Shown: in pieces, positions 1 to 14,264 of the stretch
Layout: the number at the start of each line of letters is the position of its first letter
Numbering within the stretch: the stretch's first letter is position 1
NCBI GenBank assembly: GCA_963702435.1
Contig: CAVPCR010000004.1
Coordinates: 352,001 to 416,000 of the forward strand
Source of the DNA: Candidatus Eiseniibacteriota bacterium
Lineage (GTDB): Bacteria > Eisenbacteria > RBG-16-71-46 > CAVPCR01
Direction: 5' to 3'
DNA length: 64,000 nucleotides
Translations under genes and position numbers: made by a program
Notes under the pieces: generated by a model
What the model was told of the DNA's origin: nothing
Database searches by the model: none
What the model saw: only the letters and a program-made list of their open reading frames with translations

Positions 1-46
1 GGACTCCCGACTGGCGCACCGTGCCCCGCAAGGAAGTGCAGGTGGG

Positions 47-1795
<1,749 letters not shown>

Positions 1796-1882
1796 GTGCG
1801 GCCGGGACGTGTCCTGGACTCGATGTGAATCGGACCGCGGCGGCCGGGCGGCACCGCGGCGAACCTCAGGAAAGGAAATCCG

Positions 1883-3103
<1,221 letters not shown>

Positions 3104-3174
3104 GCGGCAAAGCGGTACGGCGGATCGCCGGGTGCCGCGCTCGGTTCCGGCGAGTTCCGCCTCCGGCCGCGCGG

Positions 3175-3183
3175 TGGTATAAT
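3175..3183 (+). promoter_or_regulatory. Extended -10 promoter (TGgTATAAT) upstream of asnA
   Basis: Perfect TGnTATAAT in a very GC-rich intergenic region ~210 nt before the asnA start. Confidence 0.55.
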
Positions 3184-3391
3184 TCGCCGGTTTCGCGCCG
3201 CCGCGCCGGCCTCGAGCCGGGTGCGGCGGGACGCGGCCCGAGTGGTGGGAGGAACGGCGAGACGGCGGGTAGGGGCCACGCGAGATGCTCTTCCGGTGCC
3301 TGGCGCGCATGACCGCGCCAGCCCCGAGGAGTGCCCTTCCTGATCGGCTCCCTGGACGGATCTTGGGGAGGTTGAACGATGGCTGGATACG

Positions 3392-4522
3392 ATGGCAGAC
3401 AAGAAGGCGGACCTGGCCGGTCCCGGCATCTCGACCTACGAAGAAGTCGAGAAGATACTGCCGAGCGATTACCGATCGCTCCTGAGTCCCAAGGACACGC
3501 AGAAGGCGATCACGGCGCTCCGGCGGTACATCGAGGACGGCTTGTGCAAGGAGCTGAACCTCTTCCGCATCGAAGTGCCGCTCATCGTGAGCCGCGAGAG
3601 CGGGGTCAACGACTACCTCGACCGCGACGGCTCGCGGACGCCGATCGAGTTCCCGGCGGGGCTCGGGCTGCCGAAGCGCATCGACGCCCAGGTCGTGCAG
3701 GCGGCCACCAAGTGGAAGCGGATGGCGCTCAAGCAGTTCCAGTGCGATGTCGGCGAGGGCGTGCTCACCGACATGCGCGCGGTGCGGAAGGACTACTTCC
3801 TCGACCACGACCACAGCTCGTACGTGGATCAGTGGGACTGGGAGAAGGTCATCACCGCCGACATGCGCACGCTCGATAACCTCAAGGACACCGTGCGCCG
3901 GATCTGGAAGGTGATCAAGGGCGCCGAGACCTTCATCCTCAAGGAGTTCCCGAAGCTCCGCGATCCGCGCTTCCCCGAGCTGCCGGAGGAGCTCAAGTTC
4001 CTGCACGCCGAGGAGATCCTCGATATCTATCCCGATCTGCCGCGGAAGCAGCGGGAGACCAAGATCGTCTCGGAGAAGTACCCGGCGATCTTCATCATCG
4101 GCATCGGCTGGGTGCTCCAGGACGGCTACCCGCACGAGATGCGCGCCGCCGACTACGACGACTGGGTCACCCCGACCAAGCAGTGGACGGGCAAGGAAAC
4201 GCACGGTCTGAACGGCGACATCCTGGTCTGGAACCCGGTCACCAAGCGGCGCCACGAGCTGACCTCGATGGGGATCCGGGTCACCAAGGAGACCTTGAAG
4301 CAGCAGCTCGAGATCTCGGGGCAGCTCGACTTCCTGAAGCTCCCCTATCACCAGGCGATCATGAACGACCAGATCCCGCTCTCGATCGGCGGCGGCATCG
4401 GTCAGTCGCGGACTCTCATGCTGCTGCTCCGCAAGGCCCATCTCGGTGAAATCAGCGTCACCATCTGGCCGAAGCAGCTCAAGGACATCTGCGCCAAGAA
4501 GAACATCCACGTTCTCGAGTAG
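3392..4522 (+). CDS. asnA: Aspartate--ammonia ligase (asparagine synthetase A)
   Basis: KWKRMAL, TDMRAVRKD..LDHDHSSYVDQWDWEK, GYPHEMRAADYDDW, GLNGDILVWN, SMGIRV and SIGGGIGQSR motifs. Confidence 0.95.
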   Translation: MADKKADLAGPGISTYEEVEKILPSDYRSLLSPKDTQKAITALRRYIEDGLCKELNLFRIEVPLIVSRESGVNDYLDRDGSRTPIEFPAGLGLPKRIDAQVVQAATKWKRMALKQFQCDVGEGVLTDMRAVRKDYFLDHDHSSYVDQWDWEKVITADMRTLDNLKDTVRRIWKVIKGAETFILKEFPKLRDPRFPELPEELKFLHAEEILDIYPDLPRKQRETKIVSEKYPAIFIIGIGWVLQDGYPHEMRAADYDDWVTPTKQWTGKETHGLNGDILVWNPVTKRRHELTSMGIRVTKETLKQQLEISGQLDFLKLPYHQAIMNDQIPLSIGGGIGQSRTLMLLLRKAHLGEISVTIWPKQLKDICAKKNIHVLE

Positions 4523-4540
4523 GGAGCGAAGCGTCCGCTG

Positions 4541-4588
4541 ACGAGACCGGGGAGGGGACTCGCTCAAGTCCGCTCCCCGGTTTCTCGT
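4541..4588 (+). terminator. Stem-loop after asnA, terminator-like
   Basis: acgagaccggggag-g-ggact / agtcc-g-ctccccgg-tt-tctcgt inverted repeat ~20 nt after the stop codon. Confidence 0.5.
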
Positions 4589-4610
4589 TCCGGGCCAGGC
4601 GGTGTTGTGA

Positions 4611-5543
4611 GTGATGACGAGTCCTCCTCCGGAGGCACGCGAGATCGATCCCGGGAAGTCGGGCGGCCCGCTCCACGCCCGGCTTGGCGAGCGACTCGTC
4701 ACGCTCGCCCATCTCGTCCGCTTCTCGCACTCGGTGTTCGCGTTGCCCTTCGCGCTCGCGAGCGCCGCCTGCGCCGCCGCCTTCACCCCGCTCACCGGGA
4801 GGCGACTCGCCTGGATCATCGTGGCCATGGTCGCGGCGCGCACCGCCGCCATGGCCTGGAACCGGCTGGTGGACGAGGAGATCGACGCTGCGAATCCGCG
4901 CACGCGGGATCGTGAGCTCCCGTCCGGCAAGGTGACCCCGGCCGCCGTCCTCGCGCTCGTCATCGCCGCGACCGGCGTCTTCATCCTGGCGGCGGCCGCT
5001 CTCGGTCCCTTGCCCCTTCTCCTCACCCCGGTCGCGATCCTCATCCTCTTCGGCTATTCCTTCACCAAGCGCTTCACCTGGGCGAGCCAGCTCGCGCTCG
5101 GCCTCGCCCTCGCCGGCGCCCCGCTCGGGGCCTGGATCGCGGTGACCGGCGGCCTGGCCATGGCACCGCTCCTCCTCGGGGCGGCGGTCTTGACCTGGGT
5201 CGCCGGTTTCGACACGATCTACGCGTGCCAGGACGTGGCCTTCGATCGCGCGCACGGGCTCCACTCGTTGCCGGCGCGCTTCGGGGTCGCGACCGCGCTC
5301 CGGATCGCGCGCGCGCTGCACGTGGCGGCGGTCGTCGGGTTCGTCCTCTTCGGGCTCACGCTCGAGCGCGGGAACTTCTACTGGCTGGGCGTGGCCGTGG
5401 TCGCGGCGACGCTCGTCTACGAGCATCGGCTGGTCAAGGCCGACGATCTCTCGCGGGTGAATCGCGCCTTCTTCGACCTGAACGGCATCGTGAGCCTGGT
5501 CTTTCTCGCCGCGGTCCTTGCCGACCGCCCGTGGATGCGATGA
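4611..5543 (+). CDS. ubiA: UbiA-family prenyltransferase (4-hydroxybenzoate polyprenyltransferase / MqnP-like)
   Basis: FSHSVFALPFA, ARTAAMAWNRLVDEEIDAANPRT..RELPSG, YSFTKRFT and GFDTIYACQD..FDR motifs. Confidence 0.9.
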   Translation: MMTSPPPEAREIDPGKSGGPLHARLGERLVTLAHLVRFSHSVFALPFALASAACAAAFTPLTGRRLAWIIVAMVAARTAAMAWNRLVDEEIDAANPRTRDRELPSGKVTPAAVLALVIAATGVFILAAAALGPLPLLLTPVAILILFGYSFTKRFTWASQLALGLALAGAPLGAWIAVTGGLAMAPLLLGAAVLTWVAGFDTIYACQDVAFDRAHGLHSLPARFGVATALRIARALHVAAVVGFVLFGLTLERGNFYWLGVAVVAATLVYEHRLVKADDLSRVNRAFFDLNGIVSLVFLAAVLADRPWMR

Positions 5544-6196
5544 GCGAACTTCCAGCCAGCAGCGCAGACCAGACCGCGCGCCCGGCGCCGGGCGGAGCCC
5601 GCGTCGTGGTCGCGCTCACCGGCGCGAGCGGCGCGATCTACGGACTCCGCCTCCTCCGCTTCCTGCTCACGAGCGGAGTGCGGGTCGAGGCGATCGTCTC
5701 GCCGTCGGGGCAACGGGTGCTGCGGGAGGAGGCGGACCACCAGGGCGAGCCGCTCGGCGAGTACCTGGCCCGCCTCTATCCGGGCGATCGCGGGGCGCTT
5801 CTTGCCGGGTCGCTCGTCGTGCACCACTGGGGCGACATCGGAGCGCCGCTCGCGTCGGGCTCGGTCAAGACCGCGGGCATGATCGTTGCGCCCTGCTCGA
5901 TGGGTACCCTCTCCGGGATCGTGTGCGGGCGCGCCGCGAACCTGATCGAGCGGGCCGCCGACGTCACCCTCAAGGAGGGGCGGCCGCTCATCCTCGTGCC
6001 GCGCGAGACGCCGCTCAACCGCATCCACGTCGAGAACATGCTGCGCGCGATCGATGCCGGCATCCGTCTGGTGCCCGCCATGCCCGCCTTCTACTACGGA
6101 CCGCGGACGCTGGAGGACCTCGCCGACTTCGTGGTGGCGCGGGCGGTCGCCTTCCTCGGCCTCGAGTCCCAGCTCTACCGGCCGTGGGCCGATTAG
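5540..6196 (+). CDS. ubiX: Flavin prenyltransferase UbiX
   Basis: VVALTGASGAIYG, ASGS..MIVAPCSMGTL, NLIERAADVTLKE.RPLILVPRETP and MPAFY motifs; ATGA overlap with ubiA. Confidence 0.93.
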   Translation: MSELPASSADQTARPAPGGARVVVALTGASGAIYGLRLLRFLLTSGVRVEAIVSPSGQRVLREEADHQGEPLGEYLARLYPGDRGALLAGSLVVHHWGDIGAPLASGSVKTAGMIVAPCSMGTLSGIVCGRAANLIERAADVTLKEGRPLILVPRETPLNRIHVENMLRAIDAGIRLVPAMPAFYYGPRTLEDLADFVVARAVAFLGLESQLYRPWAD

Positions 6197-6221
6197 CGGG
6201 CCCGGTCCGCCTGCCGCCGCC

Positions 6222-6929
6222 ATGGACACGTTGATCACACGCGAGGAAGTCGGCGCCATGTTCGACGCGGTGGCGCCGCGCTACGACCTCCTGAACCGCG
6301 TGCTCAGCCTCGGCATCGATCGCCGCTGGCGGCGGGACGCGGTGCGCGCCCTCGGACTCCGGCCGGGCGATCTCCTCGTTGATATCTGCGGTGGCACGGG
6401 AGATCTTGCGCTGGAGGCGGTGCGCCGGGTGCCCGGCGTGCGCACCGTGAACCTGGATCTCTCGCCGCTCATGCTCCGCCGGTTTGCGGCGCGGACGGCG
6501 GGCGCGAACGGCGGTGCAACAGCCGGGCCGGCGGTGGTCGGCGACGCCATGGAGCTCCCGCTCCGGAGCGGGGCGGCGGCGGCCGCCATCGTCGGCTTCG
6601 GTATCCGCAACGTGCCGGACCGCCGGCGGGCGCTCGTCGAGATGCATCGCCTCCTCGCCCCGGGGGGGCGACTCGTCGTGCTCGAGTTCGCGCTGCCCGC
6701 GCCGGCGATTCGCGGACCTTATCTCCTCTACCTGCGCCACGTGATGCCGCGGGTGGCCGCGCTCCTCTCGCCCTCGCCCGATGCCTATCGTTACCTCGGC
6801 GATTCGATCGCGGCTTTCCCGGCCCCGGCCGCCTTCGCCGGACTCATCGCGGGCGCCGGATTCGCCCAGGTGAGCTTCGAACCGCTCACCTTCGGTATCG
6901 CGGTGCGCTACCTCGCCATCAGGACATGA
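6222..6929 (+). CDS. ubiE: Ubiquinone/menaquinone C-methyltransferase (UbiE/MenG)
   Basis: MFDAVAPRYDLLNRVLSLGIDRRWR, DICGGTGDL, FGIRNV and AYRYLGDSI..FP motifs. Confidence 0.92.
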   Translation: MDTLITREEVGAMFDAVAPRYDLLNRVLSLGIDRRWRRDAVRALGLRPGDLLVDICGGTGDLALEAVRRVPGVRTVNLDLSPLMLRRFAARTAGANGGATAGPAVVGDAMELPLRSGAAAAAIVGFGIRNVPDRRRALVEMHRLLAPGGRLVVLEFALPAPAIRGPYLLYLRHVMPRVAALLSPSPDAYRYLGDSIAAFPAPAAFAGLIAGAGFAQVSFEPLTFGIAVRYLAIRT

Positions 6930-9382
6930 CCAGAAAACAGACGATCCTCCTCCTCGTTCTCGCCGGCGGCCTCCTCGGCCGGCCGCTGCCCGCGCCGGCG
7001 GATTACCTCGTACGGCCGTTCGCCATGCTCGGCGTGGACGGCGGCACGCATGCATTCCAGGCCACGCCCGAGGGCTGGCTGCGTTCGGGAGCGGCGACCC
7101 TCGCGCTCTCTCTCGACGGCGTCCCGCTCGCGCCCTGGGAGTGGAGCGCGACCGGGCCTGGTGCGGCCCGCACGGTCGTGCGGAGCGCGAGCGGCACGCT
7201 CGCGGTCGAGGCTGCGGCGGTGCGCCGCCCCGGCCTCCGCGCCGAGGTCGAATTCCGCGGCTCCGCCGGGAATCAGGACACGGTGCGAGCGCATGTCGAG
7301 CAGCCCGTTCTCATCGCGCGCCTCCGCTTCGAGCCGGCCGCCGGTGCGCCGTCGCCCGCGCGTCTCGTCGTCCGCCTGGCGGCGGATTGCGGGCAGAACC
7401 AGGCGGTCGCGCTCCACGACGGCCTGGTGCGGCGCCGCCTGACGCCCGCGCGTCCGGCCGCGACCTGGGCGAGCGGTGGCGGCCGCCACGGGATCGCGGT
7501 TGCCGATTCGCTCGTGCTCCTCGTGAGCGCGGCGCCGGATTCGGACGGCGCAGGCATCCTGGTCGCGGGCGATCCGGTCCCCGAAGTGCGCGCGATGATC
7601 TACCGCCCAGCCGGCGCCTTCGAGCTCGAGCTGCGCATGCCCTACTTTCCGCTGCCCGTCGCGGAACCTCGGTCGCCCTCCGCCGCTTCCGGCGACAGCC
7701 CGCAGCTTTCCGCACTGGCCGCCGGTGACGGCGCCGAGCTCATCGCCGGCGCCGGTCGCGGCTGGCGGGAGCGACTGGATGCAGGCGCGCATCTCGCGCT
7801 CCCCGAATCGCTCGTCGTCGAGACGGCGCTCGCCTCGCTCTACCACCTGCTCGGCGGCTCGGTCGTGGCGGCGGGGGATCGTGCGGTCATTCTCGGCGCC
7901 CCCTTCCTCTATCGCGAGTTCTACATGCGCGACGCCGCGTACCTGGTCGTGGCGCTGGACCAGTTCGGCTTTCACAGCGAAGCGCGCCTCGGGCTCGAGA
8001 CCATGTTCACCCATCAGGGCGCGGACGGCGAGTTCCTGAGCCACACCGAGCAGCACGACGGCAACGGGCTCGCGCTGTGGGCGCTCGGCGAGCACGTGGC
8101 CCTGACCCGCGACCGCGCCTTCGCGGCGGCGGCGCTCCCGCGCGTCGAGCGGTCGGTGGGCTGGTTCCGGAAGGCGATCGCCCCGTACCAGGGCGCCGTT
8201 CCCGGCATGCGCGGCGAATGGGACCGGGACTTCCCCGGCATCCTTCCCGCGACCATCATGAAGGACAACGAGCAGGTCGTTTCCGCGCACATCGTCGGTC
8301 ACAATCTGTGGGCGAGCGCCGGGCTCGGGGGCGCGATCGAGGTGGCGCGCGTCGCCGGAGCCGCCGATTCGGTGCGCGCCTGGCAGAAGCTCGCGGCTAC
8401 CTTCCGCAGCGATCTCGATCGCTACCTGACGGCGCTCCAGCGGCGCACGAGCGGGCTCGTCGCCGCCACCTTCGAGGGGACCGGCGCCCAGGCGGGCTAC
8501 GGCCAGCCGTCGTCCTCGCGCGGTGGGCTCGACTGGGGCAACCTCGAGATCGTGTATCCGACCGGAGTGTGGCGCGGCGACGATCCGCGGCTGCGAACGA
8601 GTCTCGATCTATGGAGCGAACGGCTCGTGAACGGACTCTATCCCTACCCGCTCGACTTCAATCAGAACCTCTTGCATCACTACCTGCCGGTGGGACTCGG
8701 CCACGGGCTCCTCGCTGCCGGCGGCGACGCCGACCGCGAGCATCTGTTCTCCATCCTCTACGACGGGCTCATCGGACACACGACGGCCACCGGCGGCGGC
8801 GCCGAGCTCATCAACACGTACACGCGCGACGTCTGGCCCGTGGACAACATCCCGCCGCACAACACCTTCTCCTCGCGTTATCTCATGCTCGTGCGCGATC
8901 TCCTGGCGAGCGCCTGGGGCGACACGCTGCTCGTGGGTCCCGGGTTCTCCCCGGCCTGGATCGTGCCGGGCGGCCGCGTCGCGCTCTCCGCGACGGCGAC
9001 GCGCTTCGGCTGGGTGGATCTCGAGGTGGATGTGCGCGCGAAGGCGGACTCGACGGCGACGCTCGCGCTCAGGACGTCGATCGCCGCCGCGCCGCCGGCG
9101 CGTTATCTTGCGCCGCGGCCCGAGCTCCCGGCGCCGGCGACGGCGCTCGCGTGCGACGGCCGGGCCTCGTCGCCGGCCGCCGTCGTCTTCCGCGCGCCGC
9201 TCGGCTACCGGATCGCGGCCGTGCGCGGCGCGACCGGGGCGAAGGCGGGCACGATCCGCGACGGCGGGCGCCAGGTGGTGCTCCCGCCCGCAGCGGCCGC
9301 CGCCGGCGTCGAGATCGAGCTCCGCGGGGCGAGCGATCCCGGCGTGAGCGCGGGCGCGGCGCGGGCGCGGGTCGGGCAGTAA
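6926..9382 (+). CDS. Secreted six-hairpin (alpha/alpha)6 glycosidase-like protein
   Basis: N-terminal signal peptide; YREFYMRDAAY..ALD, QGADGEF..EQHDGNGLALWAL and TRFG elements typical of six-hairpin glycosidase superfamily proteins. Confidence 0.6.
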   Translation: MTRKQTILLLVLAGGLLGRPLPAPADYLVRPFAMLGVDGGTHAFQATPEGWLRSGAATLALSLDGVPLAPWEWSATGPGAARTVVRSASGTLAVEAAAVRRPGLRAEVEFRGSAGNQDTVRAHVEQPVLIARLRFEPAAGAPSPARLVVRLAADCGQNQAVALHDGLVRRRLTPARPAATWASGGGRHGIAVADSLVLLVSAAPDSDGAGILVAGDPVPEVRAMIYRPAGAFELELRMPYFPLPVAEPRSPSAASGDSPQLSALAAGDGAELIAGAGRGWRERLDAGAHLALPESLVVETALASLYHLLGGSVVAAGDRAVILGAPFLYREFYMRDAAYLVVALDQFGFHSEARLGLETMFTHQGADGEFLSHTEQHDGNGLALWALGEHVALTRDRAFAAAALPRVERSVGWFRKAIAPYQGAVPGMRGEWDRDFPGILPATIMKDNEQVVSAHIVGHNLWASAGLGGAIEVARVAGAADSVRAWQKLAATFRSDLDRYLTALQRRTSGLVAATFEGTGAQAGYGQPSSSRGGLDWGNLEIVYPTGVWRGDDPRLRTSLDLWSERLVNGLYPYPLDFNQNLLHHYLPVGLGHGLLAAGGDADREHLFSILYDGLIGHTTATGGGAELINTYTRDVWPVDNIPPHNTFSSRYLMLVRDLLASAWGDTLLVGPGFSPAWIVPGGRVALSATATRFGWVDLEVDVRAKADSTATLALRTSIAAAPPARYLAPRPELPAPATALACDGRASSPAAVVFRAPLGYRIAAVRGATGAKAGTIRDGGRQVVLPPAAAAAGVEIELRGASDPGVSAGAARARVGQ

Positions 9383-9405
9383 GACGGCGTGGGCCGATCC
9401 CGCCG

Positions 9406-9435
9406 TTGGCTCCGGCGCAGGCGACTTGCTACAGT
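9406..9435 (+). promoter_or_regulatory. Putative sigma70-type promoter for the yitJ-like gene
   Basis: TTGGCT-N18-TACAGT with an extended TG. Confidence 0.35.
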
Positions 9436-9519
9436 GGGGCTCCGGCAGTCATCAGTCATCCGGAATGGGGGCGCCGCCCGGCGCCCGGATCCCCCCTCGA
9501 TCGAACGAAGGTCAGGCCC

Positions 9520-11402
<1,883 letters not shown>

Positions 11403-11415
<13 letters not shown>

Positions 11416-11447
11416 GGCGAGGGCACGCAGGGCGAGGGCAAGGAGGG
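11403..11447 (+). repeat. Three degenerate 15-bp tandem units spanning the yitJ stop codon
   Basis: cgagggcacgtaggg / cgagggcacgcaggg / cgagggcaaggaggg. Confidence 0.6.
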
Positions 11448-11504
11448 GGACGGGCGGGGGCCGGCGCTGGGCCGGCCGGTGGCCAGCGTGATAGATTCGG
11501 AGCG

Positions 11505-11735
11505 ATGATTCCACGTGATACGAGCCCGGAGGCCTGGGCGGTTCAGCTCGAGGTGTACCGGCGCCTGAGCGGGGCGCAGCGGCTCGAGATCGCCTTTGAC
11601 ATGAGCCAGTTCGTGCGCCAGCTGACCCTGGCCGCACTCCGCCGCGAGCACCCGGACTGGGCCGAGCGAGATCTCAAGCTCGAGCTCTTGCGCCGGTTGT
11701 ATCCGTCCTGCTCCTTACCCGGCGTCCTGCCTTGA
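11505..11735 (+). CDS. Small helical protein, putative antitoxin partner of the downstream nucleotidyltransferase
   Basis: MIPRDTSPEAWAVQLEVYRRLSGAQRLEIAFDMS..LRREHPDW..LELLRRLY; overlaps the next gene; TGaTAGATT lies 7 nt upstream (leaderless-type). Confidence 0.65.
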   Translation: MIPRDTSPEAWAVQLEVYRRLSGAQRLEIAFDMSQFVRQLTLAALRREHPDWAERDLKLELLRRLYPSCSLPGVLP

Positions 11736-12295
11736 CAGCTGCGGATGTCCTCAGGCGGATCGTCGTTGCGCTCGAGCAAGCGCAGGTGCCCTACATGATC
11801 ACCGGCTCCTTCGCGAGCGCCTACTACGGAGCACCGCGCAGCAGCCAGGATATCGATCTGGTCATTGCTCCTCGAGTCGACCAGATACCCGAGTTCCTCC
11901 GGCTCCTTCCTCCGGCCGAGTACTACGCCGACCCCGAGGCGGCGACCGACGCCATCAGGCGCGGTTCGCAGTTCAACGTGATCGACCTCGAGACCGGCTG
12001 GAAGATCGATTTCATTGCGCGCAAGGCCCGCCCGTTCAGTCGGGAGGAATTCGCCCGTCGCGTGATGGTCGACCTCGAGGGTGTTCGGCTGTTCATGACG
12101 ACAGCCGAGGACATAGCCGTCGCCAAGCTGGAATGGGCGAAGCTAGGCTCTTCGCGGCGCCAGCTGGAAGATGTGGCCGGAATCCTCCGCGTGCGCAGGG
12201 CGCTGGATCGCGGCTACATCGAGCGCTGGGTCCGCGAGCTCGGGCTGGAAGGCGAGTGGCAAGCTGCGCGCTCGCTAGCCGGCGAAGAGGGGTGA
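11732..12295 (+). CDS. Nucleotidyltransferase (pol-beta superfamily), putative toxin
   Basis: YMITGSFAS..YG.PRSSQDIDLV (GS...DxD), KIDF, TAEDI.VAKL.W and RQLEDV motifs. Confidence 0.8.
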   Translation: MTAADVLRRIVVALEQAQVPYMITGSFASAYYGAPRSSQDIDLVIAPRVDQIPEFLRLLPPAEYYADPEAATDAIRRGSQFNVIDLETGWKIDFIARKARPFSREEFARRVMVDLEGVRLFMTTAEDIAVAKLEWAKLGSSRRQLEDVAGILRVRRALDRGYIERWVRELGLEGEWQAARSLAGEEG

Positions 12296-12314
12296 CGAGA
12301 GCCGCCTACTCCCG

Positions 12315-14126
12315 CTACTCGAGGAGCACGATCGCCCGCGTCGACCTCGCCGCCCCCGCCTCGAGCCGCACGTAGTAGACGCCGGAGGCGACGCGCTGTC
12401 CTGCCTCGTCGCGCGCGTCCCACGTCACCGCCTGGGTGCCGGCGCTCACCGGGCGATCCAGGAGCGTGCGCACGAAGCGTCCGGCTGCGTCATAGATCGC
12501 GACCCGCACCTCGGTCCCGCTCGCGGGCGACTCGAAGCGGATAGTCGTCACCGGGTTGAACGGGTTCGGCGCGGCTGGATAGAGCTCGAACGCCGGGCCG
12601 GCCGGCGGGGCCCCGCCGTCGTCCACCGCGGTCATATCCTCGCAGTCGTCGGGAATGCCGTTCCCGTTGAAGTCGGTGCTCGTGCCGTTCTGGATGTCGA
12701 GCGTGTCGGGGACCGCGTTCACGTTGCAGTCGTAGTCGCCGATCCGGGTGTAGTAGACATCCTGCTCGTTGTTGAACGTGGCCGCCCAGGCCAGTGACGC
12801 CCCGACCGCGTCCGAGACCATGTGGTAGTAGTCGCCGATCTTGTTCTGCTGGGGGTAGCCGATGAAGCTGTCCCAGTACTCGCTCACCCGCTCGTTGGCC
12901 GACCAGGTGACGCCGCCATCGGTCGAGGACGAGTAGTAGAGGGCACTGTAGTTCACGACCCCGGTGTCGCGCGTGTCGTTCCAGACGGCGTCGATGCGGC
13001 CGTTCGGGGCCACCGACATGGTGGCGAACCACTGCCAGAAGTTGGGCCCTGCCGGATCGTCGTTCACGCGGACCCAGGGGCTCCAGCTCACCCCGCCGTT
13101 CGTCGATCGCGTGAAGTGGACATCGAGGGGATCGGTGCCGGCGGGATTGACCGAGGCGAGCACGTAGACCCAGCCGTTCCGCGGACCGCTCGACGGATCG
13201 ACCGCGATCCAGATCTGGCCGAGGAGCCCCCCCGGATTGGGGCCGGTCGAGAAGCCGAGGCTCCCGCCGAGGTCCACGGTGACCGTCTGGAAGGTCGGGG
13301 TCTGGAGCGGATCGCGCGCATTCGCCGAGCGCGCGACGTACATCGGCGAGCCGAAATCGGATCCCACCTGGTAGAGCGTGCCGTCGGGAGCGACGTCGAG
13401 CGTGCCCCACACGGGAGTGTCCGGGATGGTCACCGGGGTCTGGAAGCTCTGACCGCCGTTGATCGAGCGCGTGAAGATGTTGTTCCCACAGCAGCTCCCG
13501 GACGTGCTCCACGCCTGGTAGATATGCCCCGAGCCCGTGCCGGCGGTGCGGTCGATCGTGAACCACTGCTTGTCGCCGCCGAAGGCGGGGACCGGCGGGG
13601 ACCAGTTCATCCCGCCGTTCGTCGACTTGAACATGCTGACGAGGAAGTTGCTGGTCAGGCTCGAGTAGTAGAAGACGCCGTTCCGGTCGGAGGCGAGAAC
13701 GGGGTCGCTCCGGAACACGCCCGGCGTGAGCGATCCGAAGAAGAACCAGGTGCGTCCCCCGTCGGTCGTGAATGCGTTCCCGGCCTGCCGGAAGTTGGAG
13801 GAGACGGTGTCGAACTGCCGCCAGCCGATCGCCATCTTGTTCGGCTCGAGCGGATCGACCGCGATCGACGGCTCGTTGGCGGCATCCCCCGGGATGTTGA
13901 CTCCGGTCACGCTCACGTTGACCTGGTGCGCCGTGTACTGGCGGAAGCGCACGGGTTCGGAGCGCGGTGCGCCGGGAGGGGGTACCGCCGGGATGCCGGG
14001 CGGGTCCTCCGGGACCTCGGGCGGCGGCAGCGGCCGCTCCCCGGCGGCGGCCAGGACCGGGAGGACGAGGGTGGCGAGGAGGAAGAGGAAGAGAGTCGGA
14101 CTGGCGGCTCGCATTCGTGCGCGCAT
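12315..14126 (-). CDS. Secreted BNR/Asp-box (sialidase-like) beta-propeller protein with FlgD-type C-terminal domain
   Basis: Signal peptide, NEPSIAVDP, repeated S.DGG.TW Asp-boxes, GDKQW, IGDY, DCN.N.VPD repeat and NPFNP..WDARD..G.RVASGVY. Confidence 0.85.
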   Translation of the reverse strand: MRARMRAASPTLFLFLLATLVLPVLAAAGERPLPPPEVPEDPPGIPAVPPPGAPRSEPVRFRQYTAHQVNVSVTGVNIPGDAANEPSIAVDPLEPNKMAIGWRQFDTVSSNFRQAGNAFTTDGGRTWFFFGSLTPGVFRSDPVLASDRNGVFYYSSLTSNFLVSMFKSTNGGMNWSPPVPAFGGDKQWFTIDRTAGTGSGHIYQAWSTSGSCCGNNIFTRSINGGQSFQTPVTIPDTPVWGTLDVAPDGTLYQVGSDFGSPMYVARSANARDPLQTPTFQTVTVDLGGSLGFSTGPNPGGLLGQIWIAVDPSSGPRNGWVYVLASVNPAGTDPLDVHFTRSTNGGVSWSPWVRVNDDPAGPNFWQWFATMSVAPNGRIDAVWNDTRDTGVVNYSALYYSSSTDGGVTWSANERVSEYWDSFIGYPQQNKIGDYYHMVSDAVGASLAWAATFNNEQDVYYTRIGDYDCNVNAVPDTLDIQNGTSTDFNGNGIPDDCEDMTAVDDGGAPPAGPAFELYPAAPNPFNPVTTIRFESPASGTEVRVAIYDAAGRFVRTLLDRPVSAGTQAVTWDARDEAGQRVASGVYYVRLEAGAARSTRAIVLLE

Positions 14127-14264
14127 GGTGTCTCCGCGGCCGGTTCGGAGCAGGTAGTAGTCTCGGGGCACGGACTCCCGTATTCTATACGAAAGGTGCG
14201 CGTTGCGGCAGCCCGCGAGCAGCCGCCCGGGGCCGCCCGGGGCCGGGGGGAAGAGACGAAGCCA

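Noticed and set aside
9383..9519. SAM riboswitch upstream of yitJ
   Set aside because: No recognisable SAM-I core or expression platform; an Rfam scan would be needed to exclude other classes.
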